A stretch of 64,000 nt of DNA from an uncultured Ignavibacteriales bacterium (GTDB lineage: Bacteria > Zixibacteria > MSB-5A5 > GN15 > FEB-12), in assembly GCA_964571235.1 (NCBI GenBank), contig CAZNAI010000003.1:656700-720699 (forward strand). The letters are read 5' to 3'. The translations under genes were made by a program, and so were the position numbers. The notes under the pieces are model-generated. The model saw only the letters and a list, made by a program, of their open reading frames with translations, did no database searches and was not told the origin of the DNA. Positions 7,648 through 17,171 of the stretch are shown here, in pieces (the first letter of the stretch is position 1; every line of letters starts with the position of its first letter).

Positions 7648-9756
7648 ATGTTAGAACTTGCCTGGATCATCCCATTTTTGCCCCTCTTGTCGTTTGTGAT
7701 GATCATCTTTTTCATCGGCGGCAAGGAAAAGCTGTCGTCGGGCTTCTCTATCTCAATGATCCTGATCGACTGGATTATCGCGGTGGTAGTGCTTTTCCAA
7801 ATGCTGGGTCGCCACGGCGAGCCGTACGAGGCGTACACCCTGCTGACATCGTTTAAGACATTCAATCTTGAGCTGGGAATATTGGTCGATTCGCTCACGG
7901 CAATTATGCTGGTGGTGGTGACGACTGTCGGGTCGTGCGTGCAGATCTATTCGCTGGGGTATATGAAAGACGACCCCCGCTTCACCCGGTTCTATGCGTA
8001 TCTCTCGCTCTTCTTGTTCTCGATGCTCGGCTTGGTGCTGGCGAACAATTTCTTCATGATCTTCATTTTCTGGGAGCTGGTCGGTCTGACCTCTTATCTC
8101 TTGATCGGATTCTGGTTTGAAAAAAAGTCGGCCGCGGACGCCGGCAAGAAAGCATTTATCACCACGCGAGTGGGCGATCTGGGATTTATCGTCGGGCTGA
8201 TGCTGATCGCCGCTTATTGCGGGACGTTTAATTACGGCGGCGTTTTTGAGAAGGCCGCATCGGGTACAGTTCCGGCCGGTGTGCTGACCGCCGCGGCGAT
8301 ATTCATTTTCTGCGGGGCGGTTGGAAAATCGGCGCAGTTCCCGCTCCATGTCTGGCTTCCCGATGCGATGGAAGGTCCGACACCGGTTTCAGCGCTCATT
8401 CATGCCGCGACTATGGTTGCCGCCGGTGTGTATCTGGTGGCGCGGTCGATGCCGCTGTATGTGACCTCAGCCGATGCCTCGATGGTTGTCGCCACAATTG
8501 GTGTGATTACGTCGTTTATCGCCGCCTCGATTGGCCTCGTACAAAATGATATAAAGAGAATTTTGGCGTATTCGACTGTCAGTCAACTTGGCTATATGAT
8601 CATGGCGCTTGGGCTGTATGGGTACGACACCGCGAGTGGCGGCCATTCGGCCGGGTATGTGGCTGGCACGCTACATCTGATGACCCACGCGTTTTTCAAA
8701 GGACTCCTGTTCTTAGGCGCCGGATCGGTAATCCACGCTGTGCACACCAACGACATTCAAGAGATGGGCGGCCTGCGAGTCAAACAACCCAAGACAGCGA
8801 TTACTTTTATGATCGCGTCGCTGGCAATCGCCGGAATTTTCCCGCTCTCGGGATTCTGGTCGAAAGATGAAATTGTCGCGACTACGTTGCATCACCCGGT
8901 CTTTTTCGTCCTGACCCTCACAATTGCGTTTATGACCGCCTTCTATATGTGGCGGCTATGCTTCCTGACATTCTTTGGAGCGCCGCGCAATCAACACCGG
9001 TACGATCACGCCCACGAATCACCGGGAGTGATGACCTCGCCGCTGTTGTTTCTCGCGGTACTTTCAATCGGCTCCGGGTGGGTAGCAATGCCGTGGCTGG
9101 AGCATGGATTTTCATCGTTTGTGTATCATGGCGAACCGCATCACGCCGAGCCGGAGTATCTGCTCATGTTGATCTCAACGGTCGTCTCTGTGTGCGGTAT
9201 CGGATTGGCCTGGTTGATATATTACAAGAAGGCGATTTCGGCTGACGTGATAGCGGCCCGGTTCAAACCGCTCCACACCCTCTTGTGGAACAAATATTAT
9301 TTCGACGAGCTGTATGATCTGATCATTGTCCGGCCAATTCTGGCGCTGGGGACGTTTCTGTGGAGCTTCGACGCGAAAATAGTCGACGGCGCGGTTAATG
9401 GCGCTGGCTGGCTGACAATTGTCTGGTCAGATGCCAAGCAGTGGTTTGATGTGTATGTCGTCGACGGCGCAGTTAATGGCGCCGGCTGGATAGTGCAAAA
9501 GACCGCTGGAGTTTTACGAAAACTGCAAAGCGGGGCGGTGCAGTTCTACGCGCTCTTTATTGTCGGAGTTATTGTCGCCCTCGGCATTTTCAAATATGAA
9601 GTGCTTTCAAATTCCGGGACGCCGGGATTGATCGCGATCGCCTTTGTACTTTTGTCGCTTGCCCTGGGATATGTGTCGCGCAATATCTGGAAACGTCCGG
9701 CCGCCGGGGCGGTCTTGGAACCTGAAGAAAAATCCGTGCCTGTGGAGGATAGATAG
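7648..9756 (+). CDS. nuoL: NADH-quinone oxidoreductase subunit L
   Basis: 702 aa, ND5-like antiporter subunit (...WLPDAMEGPTPVSALIHAATMV...). The VDGAVNGAGW segment is duplicated. Confidence 0.93.
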   Translation: MLELAWIIPFLPLLSFVMIIFFIGGKEKLSSGFSISMILIDWIIAVVVLFQMLGRHGEPYEAYTLLTSFKTFNLELGILVDSLTAIMLVVVTTVGSCVQIYSLGYMKDDPRFTRFYAYLSLFLFSMLGLVLANNFFMIFIFWELVGLTSYLLIGFWFEKKSAADAGKKAFITTRVGDLGFIVGLMLIAAYCGTFNYGGVFEKAASGTVPAGVLTAAAIFIFCGAVGKSAQFPLHVWLPDAMEGPTPVSALIHAATMVAAGVYLVARSMPLYVTSADASMVVATIGVITSFIAASIGLVQNDIKRILAYSTVSQLGYMIMALGLYGYDTASGGHSAGYVAGTLHLMTHAFFKGLLFLGAGSVIHAVHTNDIQEMGGLRVKQPKTAITFMIASLAIAGIFPLSGFWSKDEIVATTLHHPVFFVLTLTIAFMTAFYMWRLCFLTFFGAPRNQHRYDHAHESPGVMTSPLLFLAVLSIGSGWVAMPWLEHGFSSFVYHGEPHHAEPEYLLMLISTVVSVCGIGLAWLIYYKKAISADVIAARFKPLHTLLWNKYYFDELYDLIIVRPILALGTFLWSFDAKIVDGAVNGAGWLTIVWSDAKQWFDVYVVDGAVNGAGWIVQKTAGVLRKLQSGAVQFYALFIVGVIVALGIFKYEVLSNSGTPGLIAIAFVLLSLALGYVSRNIWKRPAAGAVLEPEEKSVPVEDR

Positions 9757-9761
9757 TCAAT

Positions 9762-11246
9762 ATGGGCCCGCTCAGTTACCTAATATACATTCCACTGTTT
9801 GGCATGGCGTTCGTGATGTGCATGCCGAAAGATGCAAAGAAAGCGATCAGGTGGACCTCGCTCGGATTCAGTATCCCGCCAATGCTGATCTCGTTCTGGC
9901 TGGTGTGGGATTTCTTTGTCAACCACGCAAGCTCGTCAGCGATGGCGTATGTTGAAGGTCCGCTGGAGTGGATTCCGTCGCTCAATGTGCAGTACTATCT
10001 CGGCGCGGATGGAATTTCGATTCCACTTCTTGCATTGACCGGACTACTCAGTACGATTTCGCTCTTGGCGTCGTTCGGAATTGAAAACCGGGTGAAAGAG
10101 TATTTCGCCTTTTTCCTGCTTCTTGAAGCTGGGATGATGGGAGTTTTCGCCGCCCTTGATTTCTTCCTGTTTTATGTCTTCTGGGAAATCATGCTGGTCC
10201 CGATGTATTTCCTGATCGGCATCTGGGGAGGCCCGCGCAAGGAATACGCCGCGATCAAGTTCTTCCTGTATACGCTTTTTGGTTCGATCTTCATGCTGGT
10301 GGCGATTTTGATTCTGTATTTCACTTCCACGCCCCACACGCTGAATATGATGACGTTGATTCAGAGCGGCTCGACCTTGCCCTATACACTTCAGATGGTC
10401 TGCTTTGTCTTTTTCTTCATCGCGTTTGCCATCAAAGTGCCGGTCTGGCCGTTCCATACCTGGTTGCCCGACGCGCATGTTGAGGCGCCGACGGCGGTAT
10501 CGGTCATTCTTGCCGGCGTTCTTTTGAAAATGGGCACGTACGGTATGCTCCGGGTAAGTTGGCCGATGTTCCCCGCCGCCCTTCGCGATTTGTCGTTCTG
10601 GATAGCGCTTCTTGGTGTGATTGCGATTATTTACGGCGCACTCGTTTCAATGGCGCAAAAGGATTTGAAAAAGTTGGTGGCGTATTCGTCGGTGTCGCAC
10701 ATGGGATATTGTATGCTCGCGCTGGCGGCTTTCAATTCTGAGCAGGCGATTGCCGGATGTATGTTCCAGATGATCTCACACGGCCTTTTGACGGGCGGGA
10801 TGTTCTTGATGGTGGGTGTGTTGTACGACCGGGCTCATACCCGCGAGATTGCGGCGTTCGGCGGACTTGGGACGAAGCTTCCGGTCTACTCGGCGATTAT
10901 GGCGTTTTTCGCCTTTGGATCACTCGGCCTGCCGGGGATATCCGGATTTGTTTCGGAGGTTATGGTCTTCCTGGGATCGTTTGCGGTGCTCAACAAAGTA
11001 CTGGTGGGTATTGCGGTGCTCGGAGTGGTACTCGGAGCGGCGTATATTTTGAGAATGGTCCAACGGGTGTTTCTCGGCGATTTCGATTTAGGTCGCTGGG
11101 GCAAGCTGACGGAAATAAACGGTCGCGAACTGGTGACTGTTGTGCCGCTGGTTGCGCTGTCTCTTTGGATCGGGATATATCCCAAGCCACTGGCCGATCT
11201 TATGAGCGCGACATTGTCAAACCTGATTGTCTTAATGCAACGGTAG
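9762..11246 (+). CDS. nuoM: NADH-quinone oxidoreductase subunit M
   Basis: 494 aa, ND4-like (...HTWLPDAHVEAPTAVSVILAGVLLK...). Confidence 0.93.
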   Translation: MGPLSYLIYIPLFGMAFVMCMPKDAKKAIRWTSLGFSIPPMLISFWLVWDFFVNHASSSAMAYVEGPLEWIPSLNVQYYLGADGISIPLLALTGLLSTISLLASFGIENRVKEYFAFFLLLEAGMMGVFAALDFFLFYVFWEIMLVPMYFLIGIWGGPRKEYAAIKFFLYTLFGSIFMLVAILILYFTSTPHTLNMMTLIQSGSTLPYTLQMVCFVFFFIAFAIKVPVWPFHTWLPDAHVEAPTAVSVILAGVLLKMGTYGMLRVSWPMFPAALRDLSFWIALLGVIAIIYGALVSMAQKDLKKLVAYSSVSHMGYCMLALAAFNSEQAIAGCMFQMISHGLLTGGMFLMVGVLYDRAHTREIAAFGGLGTKLPVYSAIMAFFAFGSLGLPGISGFVSEVMVFLGSFAVLNKVLVGIAVLGVVLGAAYILRMVQRVFLGDFDLGRWGKLTEINGRELVTVVPLVALSLWIGIYPKPLADLMSATLSNLIVLMQR

Positions 11247-11250
11247 GACC

Positions 11251-12777
11251 ATGAGCACGCCCGCGCCGATATTTAATCTGTCGTTGATGGCTCCGGAAAT
11301 ATGCCTGTTTCTGTGGGCCTGTCTGGTGTTCACCTACGATATCGTCACCAAACGTAAATCAGAAACGACGGTTGCCTGGCTGGCGATGGCCGGGCCGGTG
11401 GTGACTGGGCTATTGGCGCTTGGGATGTTCTATGCCGGATCGTACGGGTATGGCAAGGCGGCCGGGACAATGTTCCAGGTCGATCCGATGGCGCTCTTTT
11501 TCAAGATGATCTTTTTGGGGGCCGCATTTCTGGCTATCGGAAGTTCTTTTGGGTATCTCAAGGAGAGAATACAGAATCATCGCGGAGAGTTCTTCGGGTT
11601 GGTGCTGTTGTCGACAGTCGGCATGATGTTCCTGTCGGCCTCCAACGAAATGATCTCACTCTATATCGGGCTGGAGTTGACCACGATCCCACTGTTTGTT
11701 CTGGCGGCGTTTTTCAAAGATGACAAGCTATCGGTCGAAGCGGGGATCAAGTATTTGATTGTCGGCGCGTTTTCCTCGGCTTTGCTACTTTACGGCCTGT
11801 CATTCTTGTTTGGCCTGTCGGGAACCACCGACCTGCTTCAGATGAAGGTGAATATTGCCATCACCCAGCTAAAACTCGAATCGATCGGGGTGATTCTCAT
11901 TCTGGCGATTCTGACAATGCTCGCCGGGCTCGGATTCAAACTGGCTCTGCCCCCGTTTCATCAGTGGGCGCCGGATGTCTATCAAGGCGCCCCGACACCG
12001 GTGGCGGCCTTTTTATCAGTCGGTTCCAAAGCGGCCGGACTGGTGGCGTTTGCCAAGATCATGATTTATGGGTTGTCGGCCTTCTTTGAACCGATGATGC
12101 GTCCGAACGACTGGGGACAACTCACCGCACTGTTGGCCGCGGCGGCGATGATTGTCGGCAATGTGGTGGCGGTGCGGCAGACAAATTTCAAACGGATGCT
12201 GGCGTATTCGTCGATAGCCCAGGCCGGGTACATTATGGTCGGTATGCTGGCGATGAATCAGTACGGGCTTAGCTCGGTCGCCTACTACATGTTTGCGTAT
12301 ATGTTCGCCAACATGGGCGTGTTTGCGGTAGTGGCGATGGTGGAAAATAAGACCGGATCATGCGAAATCTCCAGTTATGCCGGCCTGTCGCGAACATCGC
12401 CATTTGCGGCGTTGGCGCTCACTATTTTTCTGCTGTCGCTGATCGGCATTCCGCCGTTGGCCGGATTCATGTCCAAATACTACGTTTTTGCCGCGGCCAT
12501 TGACATGGCCGGGACAGCCTCGTCGTTCGGGTGGATCTATTGGCTGGTCGGTGTCGGACTGGTGACTTCGGTAGTCGCACTGTACTACTATGCCAATGTG
12601 ATCAAGCAGATGTATTTCGCGCCGGAGCCGGCGTCGTATGCAGTGCCTCTAACGGTTCCAATGGCGATCGTGATCACCGCGGGTTTGGCCGGTGTGATTC
12701 TCTTTGGCCTATTCCCCGAATCGGTGCTCGCGTTTGCACGGAATATTCCGATGTCATACGGCTTTATCCCTAGGTAG
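11251..12777 (+). CDS. nuoN: NADH-quinone oxidoreductase subunit N
   Basis: 508 aa, ND2-like (...PPFHQWAPDVYQGAPTPVAAF...). Confidence 0.92.
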   Translation: MSTPAPIFNLSLMAPEICLFLWACLVFTYDIVTKRKSETTVAWLAMAGPVVTGLLALGMFYAGSYGYGKAAGTMFQVDPMALFFKMIFLGAAFLAIGSSFGYLKERIQNHRGEFFGLVLLSTVGMMFLSASNEMISLYIGLELTTIPLFVLAAFFKDDKLSVEAGIKYLIVGAFSSALLLYGLSFLFGLSGTTDLLQMKVNIAITQLKLESIGVILILAILTMLAGLGFKLALPPFHQWAPDVYQGAPTPVAAFLSVGSKAAGLVAFAKIMIYGLSAFFEPMMRPNDWGQLTALLAAAAMIVGNVVAVRQTNFKRMLAYSSIAQAGYIMVGMLAMNQYGLSSVAYYMFAYMFANMGVFAVVAMVENKTGSCEISSYAGLSRTSPFAALALTIFLLSLIGIPPLAGFMSKYYVFAAAIDMAGTASSFGWIYWLVGVGLVTSVVALYYYANVIKQMYFAPEPASYAVPLTVPMAIVITAGLAGVILFGLFPESVLAFARNIPMSYGFIPR

Positions 12778-12792
12778 TCTCTCCGGTTCAAA

Positions 12793-12822
12793 TTGACAGG
12801 GTGATACTTCCTGTCGTATACT
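12793..12822 (+). promoter_or_regulatory. sigma70-like promoter candidate with spacer palindrome
   Basis: TTGACA (12793-12798), 18-nt spacer, TATACT (12817-12822). The spacer holds GACAGG-N9-CCTGTC. Confidence 0.35.
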
Positions 12823-12856
12823 CCTCTCGCGAGAAGAGGATTCTAAACGTATATCC

Positions 12857-13507
12857 ATGTCTAAACCCAATGGCCTTTGGGGCCCGATCAAGCGATATTT
12901 TCTGTCCGGTGTGTTGGTGGTCGTTCCGATCATTCTCACGTACCTGGTTCTACGGCTGTTGTTTAATGCGGTTGACAGTATTCTACAGCCGCTGATCTTC
13001 CAACTCATTGGTATCAATATTCCGGGGCTGGGTATTATCGCGACAATTCTACTGATTTTTGTCGTCGGCATAATCACGCGCAATCTGATTGGTTCACAAC
13101 TGGTGGAGATCTGGGATGGGATCATGGAGAAGATGCCGGTGATCCGTCCGATCTACTCGGCCAGCAAGCAGTTGCTTGAGGCGATGACTTCCACCGGCGC
13201 GGCCAGTTTCAAGGAAGTAGTGTTGATCGAATACCCGCGCACCGGGTTGTATTCGCTGGGTTTTGTTGCGCAAAGAACACGAATCGCGTTTGACAAAGTT
13301 CCTCAAGAAATGGTGGCTGTTTTCTTTCCACATACACCAACCCCCGTCACCGGAACGGTCGTCTTTGTGCCGGAAAAAGATGTCATCTGGCTGGACATGA
13401 CAGTCGAAGAGGGGTTGTCGTTTGTGGTATCAGGGGGCGCGGCAATTTCGCAGGACCTCAAGACTCAGCTACCGAAGAAAAGATCGAGCGAGGGAGCCGA
13501 CGCGTGA
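12857..13507 (+). CDS. DUF502-family membrane protein
   Basis: 216 aa, N-terminal TM pair. Sequence ...PVIRPIYSASKQLLEA...VVLIEYPR...HTPTPVTG... fits my memory of DUF502. Confidence 0.65.
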   Translation: MSKPNGLWGPIKRYFLSGVLVVVPIILTYLVLRLLFNAVDSILQPLIFQLIGINIPGLGIIATILLIFVVGIITRNLIGSQLVEIWDGIMEKMPVIRPIYSASKQLLEAMTSTGAASFKEVVLIEYPRTGLYSLGFVAQRTRIAFDKVPQEMVAVFFPHTPTPVTGTVVFVPEKDVIWLDMTVEEGLSFVVSGGAAISQDLKTQLPKKRSSEGADA

Positions 13508-14409
13508 AACTTGCCAATCTCCTCTTGGAGCGGCGCATCAATATCGATCTGATGGCCACCACCAAAGATGAAGCGGTGCGTGAATTGCTCGGGATGATCA
13601 AGGCCGAAGGCGTGCAACTTGATTACGATGCGATTCTGCGCTCAGTTCGGGAGCGGGAAGAGATCGAAAATACGTCGTATGGTCACGGATTCGCATTTCC
13701 GCATGCCCGGACCGATGCGGTAAGAGAAATGTATATCATGATCGGCGTGTCAAAACGCGGATTTGGCGAAAAGACACCCGACGGCGTCCCGGTGCAGGTG
13801 ATTTGTCTTCTGCTGACGCCGTCGACGATTGCCAAACTGTACTTACAGACACTCTCCGGCCTCGCGATGTTTGCCCGCCGACCTGGTACGCTTCAAAAAG
13901 TCCTTGCCTCCTCGCAACCATCGGATATTGTCAAATTAATTTCGGATGCCAATGTGACGGTTGACAAGGATTTGATGGTCAAAGATGTCATGCGGCATCA
14001 TATCGCCTCGGTGACACCGGACGATACACTGAAGAATGTGGCAAACGAGATGTTTCGCAATCGCCTGTCGGCGCTGGCGGTGATCGACCGAGACGGCAAA
14101 CTGCTCGGCATAATCAACGACCGCGACCTGATCAAGTATGCTATTCCCGATTACGAAGCAATGATGGCTGATCCCGGGTATTCGATGGATACCGAGCCGT
14201 TTGAGGAACTACTCAAGCATGAAGATCAAATCAAAGTAGCCCAGTTGTACCGAACTGATTATGATGTGACGACCCCCGAGACGAGAATTGTCGATGTCGC
14301 GGCAATGATGATTTTCAAAGATGTTCGCCGCGTATTTGTGACCGACTCCGGCAAGCTGGTTGGAGTCATCCTGCGCAAAGACATTGTGAATATGGTAATT
14401 CGCGGATAA
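13504..14409 (+). CDS. PTS EIIA(Ntr/Fru)-like domain fused to a CBS pair
   Basis: The N-terminal domain has an HGFAFPHAR active-site-like His. The C-terminal half has two CBS-like repeats. Overlaps the upstream stop. Confidence 0.7.
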   Translation: MKLANLLLERRINIDLMATTKDEAVRELLGMIKAEGVQLDYDAILRSVREREEIENTSYGHGFAFPHARTDAVREMYIMIGVSKRGFGEKTPDGVPVQVICLLLTPSTIAKLYLQTLSGLAMFARRPGTLQKVLASSQPSDIVKLISDANVTVDKDLMVKDVMRHHIASVTPDDTLKNVANEMFRNRLSALAVIDRDGKLLGIINDRDLIKYAIPDYEAMMADPGYSMDTEPFEELLKHEDQIKVAQLYRTDYDVTTPETRIVDVAAMMIFKDVRRVFVTDSGKLVGVILRKDIVNMVIRG

Positions 14410-14444
14410 GCCGGACACCCCTCACCGAAAGCAACTATCAACGC

Positions 14445-15659
14445 ATGACCACTGAACGCCGCCATCACTATGATATCGATCCCTATTTGTGGGTGATCCT
14501 CATCATTGCATTCCTGACCACTTTGCCGGGCCTGATTCTCGGATTCACCCACCCTCACATTATGCCACAGGTAGGGGCGCTCCTTTTTGGAATCGCGATA
14601 TTCGGCGGGGCGTTTATCCTCTCATGGGCGGCCGAGGCGGCGGAAATGGATATGTCCAAGTCGCTGGCGGTGGCGATATTGGCGCTGATTGCCATTTTGC
14701 CTGAGTACGCAGTCGACTTTGTCTTTACCTGGAAAGCGGCCCATGATCCGTCGCAGGCGCATTACGCAATCGCCAATATGACCGGCGCGAATCGACTCTT
14801 GGTGGGGCTGGGCTGGCCGGTCGTGCTTCTCATTTACGTTCTCGCCAAGAAGAAGAAAGAGATTCTCCTTGATAAGAGCCAGCGGATTGAGATTTTCTAT
14901 TTGGCGATGGCGACGCTGTATTCCTTTACAATTCCACTTAAGGGAAGTCTGAATCTGATTGACACGGTAGTGCTGGTTGTGCTTTTCGGGTTGTATATGC
15001 GCCGGGCGGCCAAACAAGAGAGCGAAGAGCCGGAATTTGTCGGTCCGGTCAAAATACTGGCTAACATGAATGACTTGCCGCGGCGGCTCTGGACAGCATT
15101 CATGTTTTTGTATTCAGGGCTGGTCATCTTCGTAGTGGCCGAACCGTTCGCCGAATCGATGGTGGCTTCCGGCAAGGCATGGGGCGTTAATGAGTTTTTG
15201 CTGGTGCAGTGGATTGCGCCGATTGCGTCTGAGGCGCCGGAGTTTATTGTGGCGTGTACCTGGGCATTTCGCGGCTCGGCTGGATCGGCGCTCAAGGCGC
15301 TGATTTCGTCGAAAGTAAACCAATGGACTCTATTGGTGGGTACATTGCCGCTGGTCTTTTCTATTTCGAGTGGTTATGTCAGGCCGTTTGAGTTGGATAC
15401 GTTGCAGGATCACGAACTTTGGCTGACTGCGGCACAGTCGTTGTTTGCGGTGGCAGTGCTGGTGAATCTGCGCTTCGGCCGACTCGAGGGCTGGCTATTG
15501 TTTCTGATATTTCTGTTTCAGCTTGTATTTTCTGATACCCATCAATGGGTCACCTGGGTCTATATCGGGTTGGCGTTGGTTGCCCACTTGGTCCATCGCA
15601 AGCATCTGCTACCGACATTTCGAACGGGTATGGGGCTACGGCCGAAGCACGGGGATTGA
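14445..15659 (+). CDS. Ca2+/cation antiporter (CaCA) family membrane protein
   Basis: 404 aa, polytopic. Two alpha-repeat-like segments with conserved acidic residues, WAAEAAEMD and ASEAPEFIVA. Confidence 0.6.
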   Translation: MTTERRHHYDIDPYLWVILIIAFLTTLPGLILGFTHPHIMPQVGALLFGIAIFGGAFILSWAAEAAEMDMSKSLAVAILALIAILPEYAVDFVFTWKAAHDPSQAHYAIANMTGANRLLVGLGWPVVLLIYVLAKKKKEILLDKSQRIEIFYLAMATLYSFTIPLKGSLNLIDTVVLVVLFGLYMRRAAKQESEEPEFVGPVKILANMNDLPRRLWTAFMFLYSGLVIFVVAEPFAESMVASGKAWGVNEFLLVQWIAPIASEAPEFIVACTWAFRGSAGSALKALISSKVNQWTLLVGTLPLVFSISSGYVRPFELDTLQDHELWLTAAQSLFAVAVLVNLRFGRLEGWLLFLIFLFQLVFSDTHQWVTWVYIGLALVAHLVHRKHLLPTFRTGMGLRPKHGD

Positions 15660-15705
15660 GGGCGGGGACGTACAGGATCACCCTCCTTGCATTTCGTGTT
15701 TTGTG

Positions 15706-15731
15706 GTTGGCGGACATTCCTGTCTGCCAAC
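15706..15731. repeat. hairpin upstream of the RAYT gene (cognate REP, inverted orientation)
   Basis: gttggcggacattcctgtctgccaac forms an 11-bp stem with one G-U pair and loop ttcc. Its reverse complement shares 17 nt with the two downstream copies. Confidence 0.8.
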
Positions 15732-15785
15732 ACTTCTTCTGGATCCATCTTGACTCTTGCTTCTCTCAGAGCCTATTTTTGAAGG

Positions 15786-16310
15786 GTGGCTCAAAACCGA
15801 GTATCCCTAAAAGGACCTGCGGCGGTTTTTGTAACGACTACCGTTAACAAGTGGATTCCCCTATTCGCCGAGAGTCGAATCGCGGAAGTACTGCTGGTTC
15901 AGATGCGCGAAACCCTGAACCGCTATCAGATCGCGACGATTGCATATGTGCTTATGCCGTCACACCTGCATGCAATATTTGGCTTTCCCGAAATCGAGGG
16001 GCTTTCCGAAGTAAAGCAGAAACTAAAGGGCCATTCGGCTCACCAGATTCGGCCATTGCTCACTCCCGCTCAACTAATGCTATTCTCCGTCAATGGAAGA
16101 TTCGCTCTCTGGATGCGCCGGTTCGATGATTTGATTATTTGGTCAGATACTCAATTCAAAATCAAGGCGGAGTATATTCACAACAATCCGGTGAAGGCTG
16201 GCATTGTCAATTCCGCAACTGAGTATCAATATTCGAGCGCACAAGACTGGCTATTGGGCACACCGGGGATTTTCCCGATTGACAAGACTTGGAAATGGCA
16301 ATCCGAGTGA
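15786..16310 (+). mobile_element. REP-associated tyrosine transposase (IS200/IS605 TnpA-like Y1 HUH enzyme)
   Basis: 174 aa. HUH motif in MPSHLHAIF. Catalytic Tyr motif AEYIHNNPVKAG. No TnpB partner. Flanked by inverted hairpins. Confidence 0.8.
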
Positions 16311-16325
16311 AATCCAACGCAAGAG

Positions 16326-16429
16326 GGCAAATTGAGCGCGGCGGACAGGAATGTCCGCCACGCACAAATACTCCGATGGGTGATAGAGCGAAATTTGAGC
16401 GCGGCGGACAAGAATGTCCGCCTCGCACA
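16326..16429. repeat. two direct copies of the RAYT-cognate hairpin (63-nt period)
   Basis: aaattgagcgcggcggacaggaatgtccgccacgcaca at 16328-16366. aaatttgagcgcggcggacaagaatgtccgcctcgcaca at 16391-16429. Confidence 0.85.
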
Positions 16430-16592
16430 TGCAGTCCGCACTTTCTCATCCCGTCGCAGGCGGTGGGGCACCCGGCAGGATCGGTCGCAACCGCCAAATT
16501 CTGTTCAGCCGTTACACATACCCCAAGTCCAGTGGCGATACGGAGTTAGGGACGCGCCCGCTCGGACAGTTTCGCGCTTTGCATTTAAGGCG

Positions 16593-16620
16593 TTGACGCC
16601 CGCCCAATCCACTGTATATT
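16593..16620 (+). promoter_or_regulatory. sigma70-like promoter, near-leaderless
   Basis: TTGACG (16593-16598), 16-nt spacer, TATATT (16615-16620). The ATG is at 16631. Confidence 0.4.
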
Positions 16621-16630
16621 TGCCCCAGCT

Positions 16631-17080
16631 ATGTCTATCTCTCGACTCATTCGGCCGGTTCTTGTAGCGATCAAGGGGACGCTCGTCGGTCTATTGCTGA
16701 TTGCGCTTTGTGCCGCCGGGGCCGACGCCGCTCGTCGCGTCAATGCCGAATCCAAAATTGCGATCAAATCTCAAGTCCAACCGATTTGTGATTCTCCGCA
16801 GGTCGGGCCGCAACCTGCGCCCGAAACTCCGGGTGGAAGCATGACACCGAGCACCCGACCAACGACCGAACAGCAGGCAGTGCTGTCGGCTGTAACTGCG
16901 CCGGGCTCGCACAATCGGTTTGAAGAACGTTTATACGAATTGTCTTTTCTCTCCTTTGATGTTTCTGCTTACTCCCAATCAGTATGTAGCCGCGAGAGCA
17001 CTCTGACTTTGGCTGAGGCGACCCCTCGGTCCGCGTCGCTCTGTACATTGGTGGGAGCGGTACCTTCCGGGACAATGTAG
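16631..17080 (+). CDS. hypothetical membrane-anchored or secreted Pro-rich protein
   Basis: 149-aa ORF with an N-terminal hydrophobic segment and a good promoter. Composition is atypical and no family was recognised. Confidence 0.35.
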   Translation: MSISRLIRPVLVAIKGTLVGLLLIALCAAGADAARRVNAESKIAIKSQVQPICDSPQVGPQPAPETPGGSMTPSTRPTTEQQAVLSAVTAPGSHNRFEERLYELSFLSFDVSAYSQSVCSRESTLTLAEATPRSASLCTLVGAVPSGTM

Positions 17081-17171
17081 TCCCGCCTTCCCTCCGTTCT
17101 GCGCCCCATTCGGGCGGCGCACTGAATTCGCAATAGATTCATTAACGTCTTTCGTATTGAAAGGAATTCTT

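Noticed and set aside
16326-16429. Mini CRISPR-like array: two 39-nt repeats with a 63-nt period.
   Set aside because: There are only two copies. The repeats are hairpins identical in core to the one upstream of the RAYT gene. No cas genes are present. They fit REP elements.
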